Positions 19,230 through 27,099 of a stretch of DNA of 64,000 bases are shown piece after piece. How positions within the stretch are numbered: the stretch's first letter is position 1; each line of letters begins with the position of its first letter. The position numbers and the translations under genes are program-made. A model generated the notes under the pieces. The model did no database searches and was not told the origin of the DNA. It saw only the letters and a list, made by a program, of their open reading frames with translations. Source of the stretch: Alphaproteobacteria bacterium (GTDB lineage Bacteria; Pseudomonadota; Alphaproteobacteria; UBA828). The stretch lies in NCBI GenBank assembly GCA_965221125.1, contig CBDCRW010000006.1, positions 832,001 to 896,000 of the forward strand, in the 5' to 3' direction.

Positions 19230-19709
19230 GTGCAGAAATCTCTCCATATCGACCCGGACAAATGTACCGGCTGCCTGCAGTGCGAGCTGGCGTGCTCTCA
19301 TGTGAACGAAGGGGTGTTCAACCCCGCCAAGTCTCGCATCAAGGTGTTCAACTTCCACGACCAGGGGCGGATGGTCCCCTATACCTGCACCCAGTGCGAC
19401 GAGGCGTGGTGCATGCAGGCCTGCCCGGTCGATGCGATCACCCTCGACGCCGAGACCGGGGCCAAGGTGGTCTCCGATTCGCTCTGCGTGGGCTGCAAGG
19501 TCTGTACCATCGCCTGCCCCTTCGGGACCGTTAACTACAACGCGTCCACCGGCAAGGTGATCAAGTGCGACCTCTGCGGCGGCGACCCGGAGTGCGCCAA
19601 GGCCTGCCCGACGGCGGCGATCACCTATGTGGACGCGAACTGGACCGGCCTCGACAGGATGCGCCAGTGGGCGGCCAAGACCGACGCCGGCGCGCAGGCC
19701 GAGGCCTAG
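19230..19709 (+). CDS. aorA: 4x[4Fe-4S] polyferredoxin subunit of aldehyde oxidoreductase (AorA-like)
   Basis: KSLHIDPDKCTGCLQCELACS, CTQC.EAWC..ACP, CVGCKVCTIACPFG and KCDLCGGDP.CAKACPT; directly upstream of the AOR catalytic gene. Confidence 0.85.
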   Translation: MQKSLHIDPDKCTGCLQCELACSHVNEGVFNPAKSRIKVFNFHDQGRMVPYTCTQCDEAWCMQACPVDAITLDAETGAKVVSDSLCVGCKVCTIACPFGTVNYNASTGKVIKCDLCGGDPECAKACPTAAITYVDANWTGLDRMRQWAAKTDAGAQAEA

Positions 19710-19721
19710 GGAGGGCTTGTC

Positions 19722-21566
19722 ATGGCGTGGGCAAGGAACATTCTCCGGGTGAACCTCACCGAGGGCACCTGCAAGAACGAGCCGTTGAACATGGACTGGG
19801 CCCAGAAGTACCTGGGCCAGCGTGGGCTCGCCACCAAGTACCTGGTGGAGGAGACCGACCCCAGGGTCGATCCCCTCTCGCCCGACAACAAGATGATCAT
19901 GACCACCGGCCCGCTGACCGGCACCTGCGCGTCGACGGCCGGGCGCTATTCGGTCGTGACCAAGGGGGCGCTCACCGGGGCCATCGCGTGCTCGAACTCC
20001 GGCGGCTTCTTCGGCAACGAGATGAAGAACGCCGGCTACGACATGATCATCTTCGAGGGCAAGGCGCCGAATCCCGTCTACCTCCTGCTGGAGAACGACA
20101 ACGCCCAGTTGATCGACGCCGGCGACTACTGGGGCAAGTCGGTCTGGGACACTGAGGAGGGGATCAAGGCCAAGCATCAGGATCCGCTGATCCGCGTGGC
20201 TTCCATCGGTGTCGCCGGCGAGAAGGGCGTCAAGTACGCCTGCGTGGTCAACGACATGCACCGGGCCGCCGGGCGCTCCGGCGTCGGCACCGTGATGGGG
20301 TCGAAGAACCTCAAGGCGGTCGCGATCCGCGGGACCCTCGGCGTGGACGTCGAGGACGTCGGCGCCTTCATGCAGGCGACGTCCGAGGGCAAGCAGACTC
20401 TCGCGGACAACCCCGTCACCGGCCAGGGCCTGCCGGCCTACGGCACCCAGGTGCTGATGAACGTCATCAACGAGGTCGGCGCGCTGCCCACCCATAACCA
20501 TCGGGACGTGCAGTTCGACGGCGCCAAGAACATCTCGGCCGAGGCGATGGCCGAGCCCCGCGCCGACGGCAAGCCCAACCTGGTGACCAACGCGGCCTGC
20601 TTCGGCTGCACCATCGCCTGCGGGCGCATTTCCACGGTCGAGCGCACCCACTACACGGTGGCCGAGCGGCCGCAGTACCAGATCGCCTCCGGCGGCCTCG
20701 AGTACGAGGCGGCGTGGGCGCTGGGCGCGGCCACCGGCGTCGACGATCTCGACGCGCTCACCTTCGCCAACTTCATCTGCAACGAGCAGGGGCTCGACCC
20801 GATCTCCTTCGGCGCCACCGTGGGTGCGGCGATGGAGCTCTATGAGGAAGGCGCCATCGGCGACGACGAGACCGGCGGCATCGAGTGCAAGTTCGGCTCT
20901 GCCAAGGCGCTGACCGAGCTCGCCGAGCTTACCGGCAAGGGCGAGGGCTTCGGCGCCGACATCGGCCTCGGCTCCAAGCGGCTCTGCGAGAAGTACGGCA
21001 AGCCCGAGCTTTCGATGTCGGTCAAGGGCCAGGAGTTCCCGGCCTACGATTCACGCGGCATCCAGGGCATGGGTCTCGCCTACGCCACGGCAAACCGGGG
21101 CGCCTGCCACCTGCGGGCCTACACCGTCTCGTCCGAGATCCTGGGCGTGCCGGAGAAGACCGACCCGCACGTGACCGAGGGCAAGGCCGGCCTGGTGAAG
21201 GCCTTCCAGGACGCGACCTCCGCGGTCGATTCCTCCGGGCTCTGCGTGTTCACCACCTTCGCCTGGTCGCTCGACGACATCGCGCCGCAGATCGACGCGG
21301 CGTGCGAGGGCGAGTGGACCGCCGAGCGGCTGCTGGAGGTCGGCGAGCGCGTCTGGAACCTGGAGCGGCAGTACAACAATGCGGCCGGCTTCACGGGCAA
21401 GGACGACACCCTGCCCGCGCGCCTGCTGAAGGACGCGGCGAAGACCGGACCGGCCGAGGGGCTCACCAACGGCCTCGACCAGATGCTGCCGGAATACTAC
21501 GAGGTGCGCGGCTGGACCGACGAGGGCGTGCCCAGCAACGAGACCTTGGAGCGGCTCGCGCTCTAG
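19722..21566 (+). CDS. aorB: Tungsten-type aldehyde ferredoxin oxidoreductase, catalytic subunit (AorB-like)
   Basis: LRVNLT, GPLTGT, SNSGG.FG.E.K.AGYD, AAGRSGVG.VMGSKNLKA, CFGCTIACGR, EYE, GLDPIS, RGACH and YY..RGW. Confidence 0.93.
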   Translation: MAWARNILRVNLTEGTCKNEPLNMDWAQKYLGQRGLATKYLVEETDPRVDPLSPDNKMIMTTGPLTGTCASTAGRYSVVTKGALTGAIACSNSGGFFGNEMKNAGYDMIIFEGKAPNPVYLLLENDNAQLIDAGDYWGKSVWDTEEGIKAKHQDPLIRVASIGVAGEKGVKYACVVNDMHRAAGRSGVGTVMGSKNLKAVAIRGTLGVDVEDVGAFMQATSEGKQTLADNPVTGQGLPAYGTQVLMNVINEVGALPTHNHRDVQFDGAKNISAEAMAEPRADGKPNLVTNAACFGCTIACGRISTVERTHYTVAERPQYQIASGGLEYEAAWALGAATGVDDLDALTFANFICNEQGLDPISFGATVGAAMELYEEGAIGDDETGGIECKFGSAKALTELAELTGKGEGFGADIGLGSKRLCEKYGKPELSMSVKGQEFPAYDSRGIQGMGLAYATANRGACHLRAYTVSSEILGVPEKTDPHVTEGKAGLVKAFQDATSAVDSSGLCVFTTFAWSLDDIAPQIDAACEGEWTAERLLEVGERVWNLERQYNNAAGFTGKDDTLPARLLKDAAKTGPAEGLTNGLDQMLPEYYEVRGWTDEGVPSNETLERLAL

Positions 21567-21767
21567 GTCGAGAACGGTCAGGCGCATCGACCGGCGCCGG
21601 ATCATTCGTCATTCTCGTGACGGCGGGGGGCCGCGCGCACCAGCAAGGGCGCCGGCCCCCCGGCTTGCATCGGGGAGGGCGGAGACGAACGCGATGAAAC
21701 GAGCCGTGCCGGGCCGCGCAGGTGCGCGTATCGCGGCAACGGCGCAGAGAGCCAAGCGGGAGCCAAC

Positions 21768-23012
21768 ATGCAGCATGTGATCGTGGGTGCCGGCCCGGCC
21801 GGCGTGGTCGCTGCCGAAACCCTGCGCAAGGGAGACCGGGCCGCCGACATCGTCCTGATCGGCGACGAGGCGGAGCCGCCCTACTCGCGGATGGCGATTC
21901 CCTACGTCCTCGAAGGCATGATCGAGGAGGGCGGGACTCATCTGCGCAAGACCGACGGGCACTACGAGGGGCACGGCATCCAGTACCGGCAGGGCCGGGC
22001 CGAATCCGTGGCGCCGGCGGACGGCACGCTCACGCTCGCCGGCGGCGAGACGGTCTCCTACGACCGCCTGCTGCTCGCCACCGGGGCGACGCCGCTGAGC
22101 CCGCCGGTGCCGGGCCTCGATCTGCCGGGCGTGCACAACTGCTGGACGCTCGCGGACTGCCGCAAGATCGCAGCCCTCCTCAATGCCGATGCCAACGTCG
22201 TGCTGATCGGCGCGGGCTTCATCGGCTGCATCATCATGGAGGCGCTGGCCAAGCGCTGCGGCACGCTCGCGGTGGTCGAGATGGAAGACCGCATGGTCTC
22301 GCGCATGATGGACGAGACCGCAGGCGGCATGCTGCAACGCTGGTGCGAGGCCAAGAACATCCGGGTGCTCACGTCCGCGCGGGTCACCGGGATCGAGGCG
22401 CAGGAGGGTGCGGCCGGCGACAAGGCGGTGGTGCTCGACAGCGGCGAGAGGCTGGACGCCCATCTGGTCGTGATGGCCGTCGGCGTCGCCCCCAACGTGG
22501 GCTTCCTCGAAGGCAGCGGAATCAAGACCGACCACGGCGTGCTCGTCGACCAGCACCTGGAGACGAGCACCGAGGGCGTGTTCGCCGCCGGCGACGTGGC
22601 GCAAGGCCTCGATTTCTCCACCGGCGAATACTCGGTGCACGCGATCCAGCCGACCGCGACCGAGCACGGCCGCATCGCCGCGCTCAACATGCTGGGCCGC
22701 CGCGCGCACTACAAGGGCAGCCTCAACATGAACGTGCTCGCCACCGTGGGCCTCGTCTCCAGCTCGTTCGGGAGCTGGGACGGCGTCGGCGGCGACAGCG
22801 GCGTCGCCGTGGACGAGGACGGGTTCAAGTACCTCCGGCTCGAGTTCGACGGCGACACCCTGGTCGGCGCGCTCGGGCTCGGGCTCACCGACCATGTCGG
22901 CGTGATCCGCGGCCTGATCCAGAACAAGACGGCGCTCGCCGACTGGAAGGAGAAGCTGCTGGAGAACCCCCACCGCGTGATGGAGGCCTACGTCGCCCAC
23001 AGCCAGGTCTGA
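21768..23012 (+). CDS. aorC: FAD/NAD-dependent oxidoreductase (AorC-like)
   Basis: [26 protein letters not shown] and TS..GVFAAGDVA; position in the aor operon. Confidence 0.85.
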   Translation: MQHVIVGAGPAGVVAAETLRKGDRAADIVLIGDEAEPPYSRMAIPYVLEGMIEEGGTHLRKTDGHYEGHGIQYRQGRAESVAPADGTLTLAGGETVSYDRLLLATGATPLSPPVPGLDLPGVHNCWTLADCRKIAALLNADANVVLIGAGFIGCIIMEALAKRCGTLAVVEMEDRMVSRMMDETAGGMLQRWCEAKNIRVLTSARVTGIEAQEGAAGDKAVVLDSGERLDAHLVVMAVGVAPNVGFLEGSGIKTDHGVLVDQHLETSTEGVFAAGDVAQGLDFSTGEYSVHAIQPTATEHGRIAALNMLGRRAHYKGSLNMNVLATVGLVSSSFGSWDGVGGDSGVAVDEDGFKYLRLEFDGDTLVGALGLGLTDHVGVIRGLIQNKTALADWKEKLLENPHRVMEAYVAHSQV

Positions 23013-23073
23013 GCGGCGACGGCAGCTGCGGCGGCAGCGGTGACGAGGCGGCGACGCCAGCCGTGAAGACGCC

Positions 23074-23325
23074 ATGAAGGTGAGCGTCAAGCTCTACGCG
23101 CTGCTCAGCGATTATCTCCCCGCCGGCGCCGTGGACAACCAGGTCGAGATCGAGCTGCCCGAAGGGACGACGCCGGAAGACGTCTTCGCCAGGTTCAACC
23201 TGCCCCGGCAGTACTGCTCCATCGTGCTGGTGAACGGCGTCTACGTGGAACCGAGTGAGCGCAGCTCCCACGCGCTCAGCGAGAACGACACGCTGGCGAT
23301 CTGGCCGCCCGTGGCCGGCGGCTGA
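23074..23325 (+). CDS. MoaD/ThiS family sulfur carrier (AorD-like)
   Basis: MKV.VKLYA.L, VLVNG and C-terminal L.E.DTLAIWPPVAGG. Confidence 0.9.
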   Translation: MKVSVKLYALLSDYLPAGAVDNQVEIELPEGTTPEDVFARFNLPRQYCSIVLVNGVYVEPSERSSHALSENDTLAIWPPVAGG

Positions 23326-23378
23326 GCCGCCGCTGCGGCCGCGAGCCCCCGGCATCCGCTCCAGCACGAGCCGCACCC

Positions 23379-23666
23379 GTGCCCGCGACTCTCACGGTCG
23401 AGAAGGAGATGGCGACCGATGCCCGCGAGTTCCGGCGCACGCTGCGGCGCGCGCTGCCGGAGGCCGAGATCGCGGAGGACGGCGACACCATCACGGTCCG
23501 CGAAGGCGACGGCACGCTGGAGATCACGCTCTCGGCCGAGCGCGAACGCAAGATCGGCCTGCTCGCGCTTCCGGTCATCACCGCGCGGTTCCACTACAGC
23601 GGCTACGACGATCCCGCCGCGCACCTCGCCCGCCTCGACATCTCCTTCCAGCGGGGCGGCGGGTAA
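23379..23666 (+). CDS. Small AOR-associated protein (AorE-like) ending in FQRGGG
   Basis: 95-aa ORF directly after the moaD-like gene; EM...AREFRR.L..ALP ... R.I..L.LP....F ... FQRGGG pattern recalled from small proteins in bacterial aor operons. Confidence 0.65.
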   Translation: MPATLTVEKEMATDAREFRRTLRRALPEAEIAEDGDTITVREGDGTLEITLSAERERKIGLLALPVITARFHYSGYDDPAAHLARLDISFQRGGG

Positions 23667-23769
23667 TCAGGAGGCAACCGCGCCCGACCTCAAGCCCGAT
23701 CGCGCGTTGCGCTCGCCGATGTTTCCGTCCACCATTCCGAGGCGCCGCAAACAACGAACGGAGGGAGGC

Positions 23770-25859
23770 CAGGAACATTTTTTAGTCATGGCTGAGAGGG
23801 CGGGATGACCGAGAGCGGGCAGGCTTGGGCCGATGAAGGTCCTGGCCGAGCTTGGCTGGGCGGCTGCATGGGGTCCGCGGGGGCCGGTAGGGCTCGGTTT
23901 TCGGGCTCGCCGGGCAAAGCGATCCCGCCGCGCCGTTCGACGGCGCGTCCCGTCGCGCTCTGCGACGCGGTTACGCCCGCAGGATCATGCAGCGGGCGCG
24001 ATCAGGATCGCGTCGAGAGCCTCCTGGGCGCGGGCGGCATAATGCCGGTTGGCCTCGGGCAGGAAGCGGAAGCGCCCGTCGCAGCGCACGATGGCGATGG
24101 CCGCGTTGGTCAGGCAGGAGAGATTGCGCGGCAGGTGGCGCACGTACGCCCGGCAGCGGTCTTCGTCATAGGTGAAGTCGCGCACGTAGTGCAGCCGGTT
24201 CTCGATGTGCCAGTGATTGCGGACCAGAGCCAGAAGCTCCTCGGGCCCGGCGCGGTCTGCGCCGAGCGAGGTCAGGCTCCAGGTCACCTCGACGCTGCGC
24301 TCGCCGGTCTTGAGGATCTCGCGCTCGCGTTCGATGCGCATCGCCTGGCGGCGTCCGTGAAGGTTGGCGTAGCCGTCCCATTCGGCAGCGGAGAGGTCGA
24401 CGACGGCGCAGCGGCGGCGCTCGATGCGGCCATGGCCCTTGTCGACGGTTTCGTGCCAGGGCGCGTCGGAGAAGTCGATCGCCTTGAGGTCTTCGAGGAT
24501 GGTCTCCTGATTGTCCTTCACCGCGGTGACCACGTAGTCGGCGCGACGCCCGAGCAGGCAGCGCGCGGTCTCGTGCTGGGCGTGCATCGCATCGAGGGTG
24601 ACGGTCCGGCCTGCGAGGTCGAGACTGCTGGAGAGTTCGCGCACGGCGGGGATCTCGTTGCTCTTTCTATCGACCTCGACCTGTCCCAGGACCATGCCGG
24701 TCTTGTGCACCAGCGCCGCGACCATCATGCGCCGCCCGTCTTCGGTCTGCTTCGAGGCGCCGCGCAGGTCCTTTCCGTCCATGGCGACCGGGGCGTGCGC
24801 GCCGTCGTGCTGGCCGGTCCACCGGCCGATGGCGTTGTCCAGCGTCTCCGGCGGCAGGGCGGCGAGGATGTTGTGGAAGGTGGTGATCGCGGGCGCGGTG
24901 TAGCGCTTCTTCGAAGGGCTCCAGAACGCGCCGACCGCCTCGAGCTGCTCCTGCGAGAGCAGGGCGGCGAACTGGGCGAAGGCTGTCGAGCCCCGGTAGC
25001 CGGCAAGGCGGGCGGCGACGGCAACCGCCAGCACGGTCTTCAAGGGATAGCGCTTGCCCCGGGCATGGCGGCACTCGGGCACCTCGCCCAGGCACTCGAA
25101 CAGGCTGCGCAGCCGGGGCGCCGTCATCGGCTCGCTGTGTTGCTCGGCGTTCCAGTTCGCCGGGATCTCGGCCCGGCTCAGCGCTTCGGCGGCGCCATCG
25201 CTAAGTTCGAACACGAAGACCTCCTTGGGCTGGCCGTGGTGGCGCCAGCGCGGAGCAGCTCCGGGGTCACGGGCAAAGCCGCGCGTCATCCCCAGCGAGC
25301 GCCAGTTCGACGCGCGGTAGCAGGTGCCGGCGAAGCGCGCGGGATCGACGAAGGTCTCGGCCAGGAGCGCCGGGTATCCATGCACCGCCTGGGTGTCCGC
25401 AGACAGCCGCCGCAGGCTCAGCCCCAGAACCCGCGAGGCCAGGTTGGGAACCCGCTCAGGCGTCAGGATCACGAAGCGCGAGTTGTTCGCGATCAGATGC
25501 AGGCGCCGGAACTGCTGCTCCGCCGACCAGCCGATCCAGCGGTCGCGCGCGGCCAGCTTGAACGCGCCCGGCTGCCAGCCGATCAGGGCGAGCCAGGTCT
25601 CGCCATGCACCGCGACATGGCGCAGCCCCTTGCCGACGACGCCGTGGAATCGCAGGTAGTGGTGCTCCTCCACCAGCCGGTCCCAGCGCCGGTGCTCCCG
25701 CGCGCCCCAGGTCGGGCGCACCGTGACCGCACGCAGATCAATGGACGAATCCAGGCCCGGCAACGTCGCCATGGCCGCTACACTGCCACAGCGAAAACGA
25801 AATGACCAGCGCCGCGATCACCTCACGCCGCTCGCCGGGCGGACAAAAAACGAGCCCTG
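23770..25859 (-). mobile_element. Complete ISAs1-family insertion sequence (~2.09 kb) with a 10-bp target-site duplication
   Basis: Direct repeat GGAGGGAGGC at 23760-23769 and 25860-25869. Imperfect terminal inverted repeats: CAGGAACATTTTTTAGTC (from 23770) and CAGGGCTCGTTTTTTGTC (reverse complement ending at 25859). Single transposase ORF. Confidence 0.88.
23985..25772 (-). CDS. ISAs1-family DDE transposase with an N-terminal DUF4338 (DruA-like) domain
   Basis: N-terminal: HHYL, RD.WIGW, NNSRF.I, NLASRVL, ETFVD...F.GTCYRASNW...G.T.G. Middle: DDE_Tnp_1_assoc-like (R...GKRYPL). DDE core: AMDGK.LRG, K.NEI, TLDAMH.Q, VKDNQ, HGRIERR, HW.IEN.LH..RD....ED. Confidence 0.92.
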   Translation of the reverse strand: MATLPGLDSSIDLRAVTVRPTWGAREHRRWDRLVEEHHYLRFHGVVGKGLRHVAVHGETWLALIGWQPGAFKLAARDRWIGWSAEQQFRRLHLIANNSRFVILTPERVPNLASRVLGLSLRRLSADTQAVHGYPALLAETFVDPARFAGTCYRASNWRSLGMTRGFARDPGAAPRWRHHGQPKEVFVFELSDGAAEALSRAEIPANWNAEQHSEPMTAPRLRSLFECLGEVPECRHARGKRYPLKTVLAVAVAARLAGYRGSTAFAQFAALLSQEQLEAVGAFWSPSKKRYTAPAITTFHNILAALPPETLDNAIGRWTGQHDGAHAPVAMDGKDLRGASKQTEDGRRMMVAALVHKTGMVLGQVEVDRKSNEIPAVRELSSSLDLAGRTVTLDAMHAQHETARCLLGRRADYVVTAVKDNQETILEDLKAIDFSDAPWHETVDKGHGRIERRRCAVVDLSAAEWDGYANLHGRRQAMRIEREREILKTGERSVEVTWSLTSLGADRAGPEELLALVRNHWHIENRLHYVRDFTYDEDRCRAYVRHLPRNLSCLTNAAIAIVRCDGRFRFLPEANRHYAARAQEALDAILIAPAA

Positions 25860-25871
25860 GGAGGGAGGCAA

Positions 25872-26315
25872 ATGGCGTATACGCGAGCGAAGGTCGTCGA
25901 GGAGATCAGCGCATCGGCTGACCGTGTTTTCGGCGAGATCGGGGCATTCAACAATTTGCCGGTGATCATGGCCGCCGCCATCACGCGGAGCACGCTCAAC
26001 AAGAAGGGAACGGTGCGAACGCTCAAGATCAAGGGTGCGAAAGGCACGCTCGACGAAACGCTGCTGAAGTACGATACGGCGACGCGCACGCAGATCTACA
26101 CGATCACCGACGATGCCAACGACCTGGCGCCCTTCAACGATTACACCGCGACGATCAAGGTGAAGCCGATCACGTCGCGGCGCTCTGCGGTCGAATGGAC
26201 CAGCCGCTTCGTGCCGAAGAGGGGCAAGACCAAGGCGGAATGCATCGACTTCGCCGAAGGCATCTACCGCCTCGGTATCCAGGGCACGCGGGACGTGCTC
26301 GGGGTCAAGAAGTAG
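25872..26315 (+). CDS. SRPBCC (polyketide cyclase/START-like) family protein
   Basis: I.ASADRVF..IG.FN.L, GTVRTL, ETLL.YD...R...Y.I, Y.ATIKV, VEW.SRF and C-terminal helix. Confidence 0.8.
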   Translation: MAYTRAKVVEEISASADRVFGEIGAFNNLPVIMAAAITRSTLNKKGTVRTLKIKGAKGTLDETLLKYDTATRTQIYTITDDANDLAPFNDYTATIKVKPITSRRSAVEWTSRFVPKRGKTKAECIDFAEGIYRLGIQGTRDVLGVKK

Positions 26316-26346
26316 CGCACGACGCGACGATCCGCCGCCGCAGCGG

Positions 26347-27099
26347 TCAGCCGCGCGGCGGCGGATAGATCACCGCTTCGAGGTAGAGCCCCCAGGCCGG
26401 CGCCGTCGGGCCGCACCGGCTCCGGTCGCGGGCGGCGAGCGCGGCGCCCACGTCGGCCGGCGTCCGCCGGCCTTCGCCCACGTCGACCAGCGTCCCCACC
26501 ATGGCGCGCACCTGGTGGTGGAGGAAGGACCGCGCCCAGGCGCGGATCGCGATCTCTTCGCCTCTGCGGCTGACGGCGAGGCTCTGCAGGGTGCGGACAG
26601 GCGAGTTCGCCTGGCACCTGGCGGCGCGAAAGGTCGTGAAGTCGTGGGTGCCTTCCAGCAGACGCGCGGCTCGGGCCATGGCGCCGGTATCGAGCGGGCG
26701 CGGCAGGTGCCAGGCGCGCTTGTGCGCGAGCGCGGGCGGCGCCTTGCGATTGACGATCCGGTAGAGATAGACGCGCGCGGTCGCATCGCGCCGCGCATCG
26801 AAGGCGGGCGGCACCTCCGCCGCGTCGAGGACGGTGACCGGCGCCGGCCGCAGGTGCGCGTTGAGCGCATCGCGCAGCACGTGCGGCGCGGCGTCTTGGG
26901 CGAGGTCCAGGTGGCAGCACTGGCCCTGCGCGTGAACGCCGGAATCGGTCCGGCCCGCGCCATGCACCCTGACCTGCTCGCCGCAGAAGCGCTCGACCGC
27001 GCGCTCCAGCGCCTCCTGCACCGAGCGCCCGTCGCCCTGGTGCTGCCAGCCGACGAAGCCGGTGCCGTCGTATTCGAGGGTCAGCCTGTAGCGGGGCAT
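26347..27099 (-). CDS. truA: tRNA pseudouridine(38-40) synthase
   Basis: LEYDGT.F.GWQ, GAGRTDSGVHA.GQ, G.HDFTTFR, SFLHHQVR.MVG and TAP..GLYL. Confidence 0.97.
   Translation of the reverse strand: MPRYRLTLEYDGTGFVGWQHQGDGRSVQEALERAVERFCGEQVRVHGAGRTDSGVHAQGQCCHLDLAQDAAPHVLRDALNAHLRPAPVTVLDAAEVPPAFDARRDATARVYLYRIVNRKAPPALAHKRAWHLPRPLDTGAMARAARLLEGTHDFTTFRAARCQANSPVRTLQSLAVSRRGEEIAIRAWARSFLHHQVRAMVGTLVDVGEGRRTPADVGAALAARDRSRCGPTAPAWGLYLEAVIYPPPRG

Noticed and set aside
23888-23901. TAGGGCTCGGTTTT as the true IS end
   Set aside because: No target duplication flanks it; the perfect 10-bp duplication places the end at 23770. Kept only as an internal end-like sequence.
23985-25772. Druantia anti-phage system
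   Set aside because: Only a DruA-like domain fused to a transposase; no DruE helicase or other dru genes in the window.
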